Shown: positions 1-10,041, numbered from the stretch's first letter. The stretch is DNA of 64,000 nucleotides from Prevotella sp. (GCA_017557185.1 JAFZAP010000023.1:10526-74525); one strand, 5' to 3'. Translations and numbers: made by a program. The notes: a model not told the origin generated them from the letters alone.

Positions 1-2
1 AG

Positions 3-725
3 CGTCAGGACGACGGCAGCTATGGGATTCCCTTCGCTGAAGAACCTCCTGTCGACGTGAAGCCCTGGACGACTATTCATGTCATCACTCCATTCCCCGA
101 CGGCACCCCTGTGCGGACTTTTGCAATCGACATGCCTGTCGCCAACCATCCGCGCTACGAGATGTCGCCCTTGCGACAATCGTATGCGAAGATCAGCTTC
201 GACCTTTATCAGAAAGCAGGGAAATGCCAGGAGATTTTGTATTGGGACCAGAACACGAAGTACTGCGGAGTCTGCGGAGCTCCGATGAAACTGCATACAG
301 AGATTTCAAAACGATGTACGGAGTGCGGGAAAGAGGTGTGGCCGCAACTCGCCACAGCCATCATCGTGCTCATCAGGCGCGAAGACAAAGTGTTGCTGGT
401 GCATGCCCGCAATTTCCGCGGCAACTTCTACGGTCTCGTGGCTGGATTCGTAGAAACTGGAGAATCGCTCGAGGAAGCTGTCGTTAGGGAAGTTCGCGAG
501 GAAACAGGAATCGAAATCGAGAACATACGCTATTTCGGTTCACAGCCCTGGCCCTACCCTTGTGGGCTGATGGTAGGTTTCTTCGCCGACTATGCTGGCG
601 GTGAAATCAATCTGCAGAAAAGCGAACTCTCGGCAGGAGGATGGTACACGAAGGACAATCTCCCGCAGATTCCCGAGAAACTCAGCATCGCCCGCCGCCT
701 CATCGACACTTGGCTGGAGGAGTGA
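3..725 (+). CDS. nudC: NADH pyrophosphatase (NudC family), 5'-truncated by the window edge
   Basis: Zinc ribbon CGVCG...CTECG, Nudix box GFVETGESLEEAVVREVREETG and SQPWPYP motif; frame is open back to position 3. Confidence 0.92.
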   Translation, partial: RQDDGSYGIPFAEEPPVDVKPWTTIHVITPFPDGTPVRTFAIDMPVANHPRYEMSPLRQSYAKISFDLYQKAGKCQEILYWDQNTKYCGVCGAPMKLHTEISKRCTECGKEVWPQLATAIIVLIRREDKVLLVHARNFRGNFYGLVAGFVETGESLEEAVVREVREETGIEIENIRYFGSQPWPYPCGLMVGFFADYAGGEINLQKSELSAGGWYTKDNLPQIPEKLSIARRLIDTWLEE

Positions 726-728
726 TTC

Positions 729-1961
729 CTATTCTTTGACATTCGGCAGGAAATAAGCAACAATACCCAACAGGGGAAGGAAGGCCGTAAGCTGGAAAAC
801 ATACTGGATACTCGTGAGGTCTGCTATCCATCCGAAGAGTGCCGAACCGATGCCGCCAAGACCGAACGACAATCCAAAGAAGGCACCCGAAATCATTCCG
901 ACACTACCGGGAAGCAACTCCGTTCCATAGACGAGAATGGCCGACATCGCCGACGACATCACCATTCCCACCAGCACGGCAAGCACGATGGTCCACGCCA
1001 GGTTGCAATAGGGCAAAAGAAGCGCAAACGGCGACGAACCGAGAATGCTGCCCCAAATGACGTACTTCCTGCCGTAGCGGTCGCCTACCTCACCGCCGAT
1101 GAGCAACCCGATGGCTGTAGAAACCAGGAAGGCAAACAGCACATACTGCGAAGCGCCCACCGAGAGACCGAACTTATCAATCATGTAGAAGGTGAGATAG
1201 CTCTGAATGTTGGCCGTATAGAAGTCCTTCGAGAACATCAGCACCAGAAGCACCAGCAAGGCTACGACAATCTGACGACGCGTCAGGTTGTTTTTGTTTT
1301 CAAGTGCTGTCAACCCACTTTTATCTCCACTCGGAATCATCTTGGCAGCCTGCTCCACGAGCTGCTTCTTATACCAACATCCTATTCGCGACAACACCCA
1401 AACCGCGATGACTGCCAACAGGGCGAACCAACGGATGCTGCCCTGTCCGTGTGGAACAACGATCAGCGCTACAGCAACGGGCCCAAAAGCGCGACCGATA
1501 TTACCGCCGATCTGGAAGATGGACTGTGCCATTCCCTTCGCACCACCCGATGCCAAACGTGCCACCTTCGACGACTCGGGATGAAGCACCGACGACCCCA
1601 CTCCAACAAAGGCAACCGACAGCAACACCGCAGGAAAACTGTTGGCAACTGAGAGCAGCAGCAAACCCGTGAACGTGAAACACATACCCACGACAAGCCC
1701 GTAGGGACGTGGATGCTTATCGGAGTAATAGCCCACCAACGGCTGCAGCAGCGATGAAGTAATCTGATTGGTCAGCGTGATAGCACCTATCTGCATGAAA
1801 CTCAAGCCCAACGATTCTTTTATCATCGGGTAGATGGAAGGAATCACAGCTTGGAACATATCGTTCAAAAGATGTCCCGCGCTGATCATCAGCAACACGG
1901 AGAATGCCGCATTCTTTCTGTTCATGAGTACTGCTTCGCTAAGTCTGTCTAGTTCAAACAA
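729..1961 (-). CDS. fsr: MFS transporter, fosmidomycin-resistance (Fsr) type
   Basis: About 12 hydrophobic segments; GHLLNDM, HPESS and GDRYGRK motifs. True start is probably ATG at 1925 (MNRKN). Confidence 0.8.
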   Translation of the reverse strand: MFELDRLSEAVLMNRKNAAFSVLLMISAGHLLNDMFQAVIPSIYPMIKESLGLSFMQIGAITLTNQITSSLLQPLVGYYSDKHPRPYGLVVGMCFTFTGLLLLSVANSFPAVLLSVAFVGVGSSVLHPESSKVARLASGGAKGMAQSIFQIGGNIGRAFGPVAVALIVVPHGQGSIRWFALLAVIAVWVLSRIGCWYKKQLVEQAAKMIPSGDKSGLTALENKNNLTRRQIVVALLVLLVLMFSKDFYTANIQSYLTFYMIDKFGLSVGASQYVLFAFLVSTAIGLLIGGEVGDRYGRKYVIWGSILGSSPFALLLPYCNLAWTIVLAVLVGMVMSSAMSAILVYGTELLPGSVGMISGAFFGLSFGLGGIGSALFGWIADLTSIQYVFQLTAFLPLLGIVAYFLPNVKE

Positions 1962-1998
1962 TCCTTGATGAAACGCATCTCGTCCTCAGGATTCTATC

Positions 1999-2742
1999 TC
2001 AACCCTCCCTGTGAATCACGGTGCCGTTGGCCTGATGAGTAGCCAACACGAGCACTTCGGCTATCTGCACGTGGGCGGGAGCCTCGGCTGCATAGAAGCA
2101 CACATCGGCAATATCATCGCCCGTCAGCGGCTTGATCCCGTGATACACGTTATCGACACGCTGCTTGTCGCCATGAAAGCGGGTTACGCTGAAATTGGTT
2201 TCCACAAGTCCGGGTTTCACATTCGTCACACGCAGGGGAGTTTCAGCTAAATCGATGCGCAAGCCGTCGCTGAGCGCCTTCACAGCAGCCTTTGTGGCAC
2301 AATACACATTGCCGTTGGCATAGGCCGCATCGCCAGCCACACTACCTATATTGATGATGTGTCCGCTACCGCGCTCCACCATTCGTGGCACCACGAGACG
2401 TGTCATCGTGAGCAGGCCTTTGATATTGGTATCAATCATCTTGTCCCAATCGTCGTAGCTACCCTGATACTCCTTTTCAAGACCAAGGGCAAGACCGGCA
2501 TTATTGATGAGCACATCGGGATTAAGGCCTTCAACGGCAGCCTCAGCAGCCTCACGGTCGCGCACATCGAAGACGAGCGTCTTCACCTGTACTCCCGTCT
2601 TTTCCAATTCTTCACGCAAGCCATTCAGCTTCTCCTCATTGCGACCCGTCAGCACAAGGTCGTAGCCTCCGCTGGCGAAGCGGCGCGCACAAGACTCGCC
2701 TATTCCGCTTGTCGCGCCAGTTATCAAAACAGTTCGTTTCAT
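1999..2742 (-). CDS. Short-chain dehydrogenase/reductase (YdfG-like)
   Basis: TGATSGIG, NNAG, YCATK and PGLVET motifs. Confidence 0.9.
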   Translation of the reverse strand: MKRTVLITGATSGIGESCARRFASGGYDLVLTGRNEEKLNGLREELEKTGVQVKTLVFDVRDREAAEAAVEGLNPDVLINNAGLALGLEKEYQGSYDDWDKMIDTNIKGLLTMTRLVVPRMVERGSGHIINIGSVAGDAAYANGNVYCATKAAVKALSDGLRIDLAETPLRVTNVKPGLVETNFSVTRFHGDKQRVDNVYHGIKPLTGDDIADVCFYAAEAPAHVQIAEVLVLATHQANGTVIHREG

Positions 2743-3812
2743 GATTGTTCCATTAAGATTTGCACGATACGCTCAGCAGTGCGGCCGTCCCAACGGTCGG
2801 GCAGTGCACTTTGTTTCCATTCGCCACGCACCATCTTTGCAACCATTTCGCCCAACAGCTGTGCGTCCTCGCCCACCAATTCGTTGGTGCCTACCTTCAC
2901 GGTCTCGATGTGCTCGGTGTAGCTGTTCAGCGTAATGCAAGGAACGCCGTTGAACGTTGCTTCTTCCGCCACATTGCCCGAATCGGTGATGATGCCGCGA
3001 GCGTGGGCCGTCAGCCAACCAAACTCCAAGTAGCTGAGTGGAGGCAGAAAGATGAAGCCTTTGCCACAAAGTTTTTCCACCACCTCCTTGGCTTGGCTAC
3101 GCAGCGGAGCATAGATCGGCATTCCCTGAGCATTCTCAACAATAGCCTTAAGCATTCTCTCAAGGTTCTCCTCGTCGGCCATCAGCGCCTTCCTGTTGAG
3201 TGTGAATACTAAGTAATCACTCCCCGCCTTAAAGGGAGGGCCAGGAGGGAGGGTCTTATTCCTGTTGAAGCGCAGCGTGTCCATAAGGATATTGCCGACA
3301 GTATAGATTTTCGACAATTCGGCACCCTCGCGAGTAGCAATTGAGTTGGCACCCATGCCAGCCGTAAAGAGCAAGTCGGATAGTCCATCGATAACAAGAC
3401 GGTTTATCTCCTTCGGCATCTTAATATCGAATGAGCGCGTGCCTGCCACGAGGTGAGCCAGGCGGATGCCTTGCTTCTTCGTGACAATGGCTGCTGCCAT
3501 CGTCGATGCAAGGTCGTCGACCACAATCACCACATCGGTCTTATTCTCCTGCAGATAGCGCTCAAAGGCCGACATCACCTGCCCCGTCAGCTCGTTCAGG
3601 TTTTCGCAAACCACATTCAGATAGACCTGAGGCGGCTGTATTTGTAAATCGTCAAAGAGCGACGGCTCCAGTGTGGGATCATCCTTCGAACCCGCATAGA
3701 CCAACGTGTAATCAACATCGCGGCCATGGGCCTTTGCATTCTCAACGGCCCGCATAATGGGGGCAACTTTTATGAAGTTCGGGCGTGCACCCGCAACAAT
3801 ACAGATATTCAT
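2739..3812 (-). CDS. UDP-N-acetylglucosamine 2-epimerase (WecB)-like protein, divergent
   Basis: GARPNFIK N-terminus, ITDSG-EEA and WDGRTAERI motifs; several canonical active-site motifs are altered; overlaps the SDR start by 4 bp. Confidence 0.8.
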   Translation of the reverse strand: MNICIVAGARPNFIKVAPIMRAVENAKAHGRDVDYTLVYAGSKDDPTLEPSLFDDLQIQPPQVYLNVVCENLNELTGQVMSAFERYLQENKTDVVIVVDDLASTMAAAIVTKKQGIRLAHLVAGTRSFDIKMPKEINRLVIDGLSDLLFTAGMGANSIATREGAELSKIYTVGNILMDTLRFNRNKTLPPGPPFKAGSDYLVFTLNRKALMADEENLERMLKAIVENAQGMPIYAPLRSQAKEVVEKLCGKGFIFLPPLSYLEFGWLTAHARGIITDSGNVAEEATFNGVPCITLNSYTEHIETVKVGTNELVGEDAQLLGEMVAKMVRGEWKQSALPDRWDGRTAERIVQILMEQS

Positions 3813-4004
3813 ATCATTCAAAGTCAAAAAGCGCTTGCGGCGCGTTCCATATTTCACCTGCAAAGATAACGAAAAAAAGTGATTCGACCATCAAAATAAA
3901 AGAAAAAAAGCATTTGTTCTCGTGTCTTTGCGACGATGTTCTTGGGTAATTCAACTATTTTCATTACCTTTGCATCAAGAAAACTGGAAAGCTGCACTAT
4001 CGAT

Positions 4005-4919
4005 ATGTGGAATAAACCCTGGACCATGAAGGAAGGCTTTGCCATCGGCGCCGGCCTGATTGTAGCTGGCTTGTTGCTCGAGTTGAGCACAGGCCCCATC
4101 AACTGGGACGCTTTCATTTGGCCCGTCAATGGCTTTGTGCTGGCGGGCTTTGTGGCAATTATTGTTGCGGTGCACCTGCTGCGACGCAAGGTTTATGCGT
4201 TCCGTTTTCTCTCTACCTATCAGGCCGCAATTCCCTCGATGCTCTATGCGGTGACACTGACTATTGTCATGGGACTGACGCGCCAAACCATAAGCCCCAA
4301 CCCCTTTACAAATAGCGAGGGAAGTATGTGGATTAACAACATGCTCTCGTTCTGGCCTTTCGTGCTCATCTATGTCTATATGGCTCTCATCATCGGCCTC
4401 GTAGTCCTGAAAACCCCACTCAACACGAAGTCGCCAAGCAAGATTGTGGCAGGCTTGTTCCATCTGGGACTCTTCATCACGATGACCACCGCCACGCTGG
4501 GCAATGCCGATATGCGACGCATGAAGATGATTGTCGGCAAGGGCGAACCCGAATGGCGAGCCATCGACCAACGACAACACATCGTCGAAATGCCGCTGGC
4601 TATCGAACTGAAGCAATTCATCATGGAGGTCTACAACGACGGGTCGCCTCGCCGTTTTGCCTCCGATATACAAATACTCACGAAGTCAGGCAAGAACATA
4701 CTGACGACTGTCGATGTGAACAAGCCTGTTAAGGTGGACGGCTGGAAAATCTATCAGTATGGCTACGACCAGACAATGGGAGCACAGAGCAGCACTAGCA
4801 TTCTCGAACTGGTGCGCGACCCATGGCTTCCCTATGTCTACATCGGTATCTACATGATGCTCGGCGGCGGGCTGATGATGTTTATCACAGGAGTAAGAAG
4901 AAAGGAGGGAGCGGTATGA
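4005..4919 (+). CDS. Cytochrome c biogenesis protein ResB/Ccs1 (system II)
   Basis: Multi-TM N-terminus, HLGLF, VNKP..V.GWKIYQYGYD and DPW motifs; translationally coupled to ccsA. Confidence 0.8.
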   Translation: MWNKPWTMKEGFAIGAGLIVAGLLLELSTGPINWDAFIWPVNGFVLAGFVAIIVAVHLLRRKVYAFRFLSTYQAAIPSMLYAVTLTIVMGLTRQTISPNPFTNSEGSMWINNMLSFWPFVLIYVYMALIIGLVVLKTPLNTKSPSKIVAGLFHLGLFITMTTATLGNADMRRMKMIVGKGEPEWRAIDQRQHIVEMPLAIELKQFIMEVYNDGSPRRFASDIQILTKSGKNILTTVDVNKPVKVDGWKIYQYGYDQTMGAQSSTSILELVRDPWLPYVYIGIYMMLGGGLMMFITGVRRKEGAV

Positions 4920-5746
4920 GTTGGGATCTATTCATCTATTTCGCTGTAGCATCAGTGCTGCTCTGGACCATCGGTGCCTATGCCGCGTGGCGCGACAACC
5001 ACGAATGGAAGGCATTTCACATATCCTACCGTGTGCTGGCCTATGCCGCAACGATTGCCGGACTGCTGGTGTTCTTCAGTTTCATCCTTTCGTTCTGGAT
5101 CTCGCTCGAGCGCCCACCTCTGCGCACAATGGGCGAAACACGCCTGTGGTATTCGTTCTTCCTGCCCCTTGCGGGTCTGATGGTCTACTCGCGCTGGAAG
5201 TATAAGTGGATACTCTCGTTCTCCACGCTGCTCGCCCTGGTGTTCATCTGCGTGAATCTCTTCAAGCCAGAGATTCATTCGAAGACACTTATGCCAGCGC
5301 TGCAGAGCCCTTGGTTTGCGCCTCACGTCATCGTCTACATGTTTGCCTATGCCCTGCTCGGTGCCGCCACACTGATGGCAATATACATTCTCATCAAAGG
5401 AAGATCGTCCTCCTCTCCCATCTCTCCCCTCTCCACAGAATACGAAGCATTCGATAATCTCGTCTATGTCGGCTTTGCCTTCATGACGTTCGGCATGCTC
5501 TTTGGAGCGCTGTGGGCAAAAGAGGCATGGGGGCACTACTGGTCGTGGGATCCTAAGGAGACGTGGGCTGCCATCACATGGTTCAGCTACCTCGTTTACG
5601 TCCACTACCGACGCATTCCCACCCATCGTCCCAAACTTGCACTTTGGTGGCTCCTCGTCTGCTTCGTCCTCCTGCAAATGTGCTGGTGGGGTATCAATTA
5701 CCTGCCAAGTGCCATCGGAAGCAGTGTTCACACCTATAATATGTAA
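4916..5746 (+). CDS. ccsA: Cytochrome c biogenesis protein CcsA (heme export/ligation)
   Basis: WWD domain WAKEAWGHYWSWDPKETW, PALQSPWFAPHV and C-terminal SVHTY. Confidence 0.92.
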   Translation: MSWDLFIYFAVASVLLWTIGAYAAWRDNHEWKAFHISYRVLAYAATIAGLLVFFSFILSFWISLERPPLRTMGETRLWYSFFLPLAGLMVYSRWKYKWILSFSTLLALVFICVNLFKPEIHSKTLMPALQSPWFAPHVIVYMFAYALLGAATLMAIYILIKGRSSSSPISPLSTEYEAFDNLVYVGFAFMTFGMLFGALWAKEAWGHYWSWDPKETWAAITWFSYLVYVHYRRIPTHRPKLALWWLLVCFVLLQMCWWGINYLPSAIGSSVHTYNM

Positions 5747-5845
5747 CTATCTCGGGCAAGGATGAAAAAACCTTGCCTTTTTGTTTGCTATTTGTAAAAT
5801 AATTCGTATCTTTGTCGCGATACAAAAACAAAATCTGACTGAAAG

Positions 5846-7207
5846 ATGGAAAAACCTAATGACATGGAACGCCGGAAATTCCTAAAACAGCTTGGAATAG
5901 GTACGGCATCGGCAATCGGCCTGATGGCCATAGAACCGCTAAGGGCATTCTCGGAAGTTGACCGACTGAGAGGTTCGAATCATAAGAACGCGTTGCCTTC
6001 TGACAATGCGATGACCTATCGTGTGAACCATCACTCTGGCGACAAGGTGTCTCTGCTGGGCTTTGGCATGATGCGTCTGCCCAGAAGCCAGGAGGAGGTG
6101 AACAAGATGGTTGACTATGCTATTGAACACGGCGTGAACTACTTCGACACGGCACCTGCCTATGGTAACTCGGAGGACGTGACGGGCATCGCCCTGAAGC
6201 GCCATCCGCGCGAGTCGTACTACATCGCCACGAAGATGTCGAACCAACGAGGAAATGTGCATAGTTTCGAGGAATCGAAGAAAATGTACGAACGGTCGTT
6301 CAAGCGCTTGCAGGTGGATTATATCGACTACTACTTGCTGCATTCCGTCGGCGGCAGCGGCATGGGCGACTTCCGTCCGCGATTCATCGACAACGGTCTA
6401 CTCGATTTCCTACTAGAGGAACGCAAGGCAAAGCGCATCCGCAACCTCGGCTTCTCGTATCACGGCAACGTGGAGGTCTTCGACTGGCTCATCGACCACA
6501 ACGACGAGTACCACTGGGACTTTGTGCAGATTGAGCTGAACTATGTGGACTGGCGCCACGCCTCGCTGGGCAACGGTGGTTGGAAGAAAGACGCTGACGC
6601 AGAATACCTTTACAACAAACTCGAGAAGGCCGGCATTCAGGCCGTGGTGATGGAGCCGCTGCTGGGAGGCCGTCTGGCAAAGATTCCCGAGGAGTTCAGC
6701 GACCAGCTGAAGGCCATGCGCCCCAACGACACACCTGCTATGTGGGCTTTCCGCTGGGTAGGCACGCTACCCAACATCCTGACCACGCTGAGTGGTATGT
6801 CGGCAATGGAGTATCTGGAAGAGAACGTGCGTACCTTCTCACCCATCGACCCTTGCACGGAACAGGAGAAAGCTCTGCTGGCTCGCATCGCCGACGGCAT
6901 GAGCGGCTATCCTACTGTTCCCTGCACTGCCTGCCGCTACTGCATGCCCTGCCCCTACGATGTCGATATCCCCGGCAACTTCGCCTACTATAACGATGCT
7001 GTGAACAAAAAGCTGCTGCCGCTGCCCGACAAGTCGTCGGCCGATTACGCCAAGCGCGCTGCAGAGTTCAAGAAAGGCTATAAGAAGGCCATCGACAAGA
7101 AGGCTTGGGCCGACAAGTGCATGGACTGCGAGGAGTGCCTGAAGAAGTGCCCACAGCAGATTCGCATTCCCAACCAGTTGGAGCGCATCGTCGAGCTGTT
7201 GGGATAA
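5846..7207 (+). CDS. Tat-exported aldo/keto reductase with C-terminal 4Fe-4S dicluster
   Basis: ERRKFLK twin-arginine motif; LGFGMMRLP and YFDTAPAY; two CxxCxxCxxxCP-type motifs. Confidence 0.88.
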   Translation: MEKPNDMERRKFLKQLGIGTASAIGLMAIEPLRAFSEVDRLRGSNHKNALPSDNAMTYRVNHHSGDKVSLLGFGMMRLPRSQEEVNKMVDYAIEHGVNYFDTAPAYGNSEDVTGIALKRHPRESYYIATKMSNQRGNVHSFEESKKMYERSFKRLQVDYIDYYLLHSVGGSGMGDFRPRFIDNGLLDFLLEERKAKRIRNLGFSYHGNVEVFDWLIDHNDEYHWDFVQIELNYVDWRHASLGNGGWKKDADAEYLYNKLEKAGIQAVVMEPLLGGRLAKIPEEFSDQLKAMRPNDTPAMWAFRWVGTLPNILTTLSGMSAMEYLEENVRTFSPIDPCTEQEKALLARIADGMSGYPTVPCTACRYCMPCPYDVDIPGNFAYYNDAVNKKLLPLPDKSSADYAKRAAEFKKGYKKAIDKKAWADKCMDCEECLKKCPQQIRIPNQLERIVELLG

Positions 7208-7229
7208 ACGCATCCCCATTGGCAAATAT

Positions 7230-7271
7230 AAAACCCGAAGGACTGAGTACCTGTCAGTCCTTTGGGTTTTT
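7230..7271 (+). terminator. Intrinsic terminator after the aldo/keto reductase
   Basis: aaaacccgaaggactga...tcagtcctttgggttttt stem-loop with T tract. Confidence 0.75.
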
Positions 7272-7298
7272 CGTGCTATCTACCCTATCGTTATGCCA

Positions 7299-7398
7299 TA
7301 AAATTTGAGGGCGGTCAATCGACCGCCCTCAACCAACACAAAAACTAAACTAGACTTAACTAAACTAATGTGGGAATTTCACAATCCCCCGCATTATT
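7299..7398 (-). ncRNA. Candidate small RNA (~100 nt)
   Basis: Minus-strand TTTG-N19-TATTTTTG promoter (7404-7434), 5' hairpin, U-rich single-stranded core and a 12-bp terminator stem (7305-7332); no convincing ORF. Confidence 0.55.
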
Positions 7399-7471
7399 GC
7401 TTGCAAAAATACGAAATATATTCTATATCTCAAAACTTTAGAGCGTTAAATCTTAAATTTTCAAAATTTAT

Positions 7472-8554
7472 TTACAATTTCGTTGCTTTATTGAGTAAAT
7501 ATTGGTCTAAAATGACCATTGCGGCCATTGCTTCAACAATGGGAACGGCTCGCGGTAGCACACACGGGTCATGACGGCCACGAGCCTCAAGCACCGCTGG
7601 CTGGGCATCATGGTCTACTGTAGGCTGTGGGCGCAAGATGGTTGCCACGGGCTTGAACGCCACGCGGAAATAGATATCCTCGCCATTGCTGATGCCACCT
7701 TGTATGCCACCGCTGTTGTTCGTTCGAAGTAAGGGGCGATTGCTGGTGGTATTCGGTTCGAAGAAATCGTTCTGCTCACTTCCCCTGAGTTGAGCACCGC
7801 TGAAGCCTAGACCGTACTCGAAGCCCTTGGCGGCATTGATGGTGAGCATGGCATAGCCCAGCCGGGCATGCAACTTGCCGAACTCCGGCTCGCCCAAACC
7901 AATAGGACAGCCGCTCACCACGCAGGTGACGGTGCCACCAACAGTATCGCCATCGGCCTTCACGGCTGTGATGAGCTCTTCCATCTGTCGGGCTTTCTCC
8001 TCATCAGGACAGCGCACGATATTCTCCTCCACCCTTTCCAGATTGTACTTCCGATAATCATCGTCGAGACAAATGTCGCCCACCTGCGAGGTGTATGCCT
8101 TGATGCTGATGCCCAACTGTCGCAACGCCAGCTTGGCCAACGCACCGGCGACGACCCGCGATACGGTGACACGTGCCGACGAGCGTCCACCGCCACGATG
8201 GTCACGCAAACCGTATTTATTATAATAGGTGTAGTCGGCATGTGAAGGGCGGAACAGCGACCGCATCTGCTCGTAGTCCTGTGAGTGCTGGTTGGTGTTC
8301 CTGACGATGAAACCGATGGGGCACCCCGTCGACTTCCCCTCGAACACACCACTCAGCAACTCCACGCGGTCGGCTTCCTGTCGGCTCGTCGTGATGTGAC
8401 TCTGACCCGGTCGGCGCCTGTCGAGCTCAGCCTGGATAAAGTCCAGGTCGATATCGATACCGGCAGGCATTCCGTCGACCACACCGCCGATGGCCTCGCC
8501 ATGACTCTCGCCGAAAGTGGTCAGCGAGAACAATTCTCCAAATGTATTGCGCAT
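7472..8554 (-). CDS. aroC: Chorismate synthase
   Basis: [32 protein letters not shown] and RHDPCV motifs. Confidence 0.97.
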   Translation of the reverse strand: MRNTFGELFSLTTFGESHGEAIGGVVDGMPAGIDIDLDFIQAELDRRRPGQSHITTSRQEADRVELLSGVFEGKSTGCPIGFIVRNTNQHSQDYEQMRSLFRPSHADYTYYNKYGLRDHRGGGRSSARVTVSRVVAGALAKLALRQLGISIKAYTSQVGDICLDDDYRKYNLERVEENIVRCPDEEKARQMEELITAVKADGDTVGGTVTCVVSGCPIGLGEPEFGKLHARLGYAMLTINAAKGFEYGLGFSGAQLRGSEQNDFFEPNTTSNRPLLRTNNSGGIQGGISNGEDIYFRVAFKPVATILRPQPTVDHDAQPAVLEARGRHDPCVLPRAVPIVEAMAAMVILDQYLLNKATKL

Positions 8555-8596
8555 GTGAATCTTTTATTGTTAAGATTGAACGAACTCGCTATTTCC

Positions 8597-9190
8597 TTAA
8601 TGGCAGCAGCCACCGCAGCCTTGACTGCCATCGCCGCAGTCTTCGCCACAATCGCCTTCGCCACAGCCTTCACCACACTGGCCACAGCCCCCAGCACCCG
8701 TGAGCTGGCGAATCAGCTGGTCCACCTCAGCCTCAGTGGCATCGCGTGTTTCAACAACGCTACCGATGAACTGCAGATCGCGACCTGCAAGCGGATGGTT
8801 GAAGTCCATCACGACCACATCGTCGCGAATGTCGAGCACACGGGCCATAAAACGATCGCCCTGCTGATTCTGCATGGGCACAATAGCATCGATGCGTACA
8901 TGTTCATGATCGAACTTCCCGTCGACGCAGAACATTTCCTTCTCCATCTCGACAATGCGCTCCTCGTCGAAATCGCCATAGGCCTGATCGGGAGTCAGCG
9001 AGAAATCGAACTTATCGCCTTTCTCCAGATTCTCGAGTTGCTCCTCGAACGCCTTGATGGTGATTCCAAATCCGCTGATGAAGGCGAACGGCCTGTCGGC
9101 AGGTACTTTTTCCACGAGATGACGGCCAGAATCGTCGTTGGCATACAGCTCATAAGCCACTGCGATCAACTTATTTTGTTTCTTTTCCAT
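8597..9190 (-). CDS. slyD: FKBP-type peptidyl-prolyl isomerase SlyD with Cys/Gly-rich metal-binding tail
   Basis: AYG and DFNHPLAG motifs; C-terminal GCG repeats. Confidence 0.9.
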   Translation of the reverse strand: MEKKQNKLIAVAYELYANDDSGRHLVEKVPADRPFAFISGFGITIKAFEEQLENLEKGDKFDFSLTPDQAYGDFDEERIVEMEKEMFCVDGKFDHEHVRIDAIVPMQNQQGDRFMARVLDIRDDVVVMDFNHPLAGRDLQFIGSVVETRDATEAEVDQLIRQLTGAGGCGQCGEGCGEGDCGEDCGDGSQGCGGCCH

Positions 9191-9492
9191 ATATATAAAA
9201 TAGGTGTTAGTTTGTTATTATTTATGTCCGAAATGGTTTCAGTTTGCAAAGATAATAAAAACTTGGCAGATATTTTGACTTGCGTCAAGAAAAGTGACTG
9301 TTTGCGCACACAATCGATAAAAATGTTTGTGGGAACCCCAAAAAGTGCTTACCTTTGCACCGTCAAAATGACAACAGGATAACATTTAAAGTTTAAAAGA
9401 AAAGTAAAATTTTGGACCGTGAGGTTCGCTAACTAATCGCCCCGGCCGATTCAGTTCGACCAACATGGGGAAAAAGAAAGGTAAAAAGAATT

Positions 9493-9855
9493 ATGAAAAA
9501 GATTGTTTTGACAATGGTGGCTCTGCTGAGCATGAATTTGGCTTACGCCGGAAGTGGTATAGCAGCCCCCGCCGATGAGGCAAAGGTTTACGACATGAGC
9601 GTCAACTACAGGAAGCTGGGCATGTGCCTGGGTCTTGACTACGATCAGATGGACGCAGTGGAAATGATCCACAAGCGCTTCTGCGACGACATGATGGAGG
9701 CTGCAGCCGCCGAGAAGGACAAGCAGGAAGAGCTGCTGCAGAAGGCAGTGTTACGTGACTTGCGCTATATGCGCGCCGTGCTCGACCAGCGTCAGTATCG
9801 CAAGTATCAACAGCTGCTGAACGTGACTCTTCGTAATCGCGGACTTATTAAGTAA
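9493..9855 (+). CDS. Secreted helical hypothetical protein (LTxxQ/Spy-CpxP-like pattern)
   Basis: Signal peptide; LGLDYDQ and VLDQRQY motifs; upstream TACCTTTG promoter box near 9350. Confidence 0.7.
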   Translation: MKKIVLTMVALLSMNLAYAGSGIAAPADEAKVYDMSVNYRKLGMCLGLDYDQMDAVEMIHKRFCDDMMEAAAAEKDKQEELLQKAVLRDLRYMRAVLDQRQYRKYQQLLNVTLRNRGLIK

Positions 9856-9873
9856 TTAAAATTCGGTAAAATT

Positions 9874-9966
9874 ATGAAAAAGATTAAAGACATGATCACA
9901 GTGGTCATGGCAGGTAATATCCTGATGACCCCGACGGGAATGATCCCCGTTAGTATGAATAAATAG
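9874..9966 (+). CDS. Small 30-aa peptide MKKIKDMITVVMAGNILMTPTGMIPVSMNK
   Basis: ATG preceded by an A/T-rich initiation region (ggtaaaattatg) resembling that of the upstream gene; too short for the ORF track. Confidence 0.5.
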   Translation: MKKIKDMITVVMAGNILMTPTGMIPVSMNK

Positions 9967-10041
9967 CCAACAAGCATAGAATAAAGACTTTTTAGTGCGT
10001 GATATTTGGGAGTATCAGTTTTTTTTGCTTACTTTGCAAGC

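Noticed and set aside
8597-8700. SlyD tail as a heme-binding CxxCH site for the Ccs system
   Set aside because: The sequence is CGGCCH in a cytoplasmic protein, the usual metal-binding tail.
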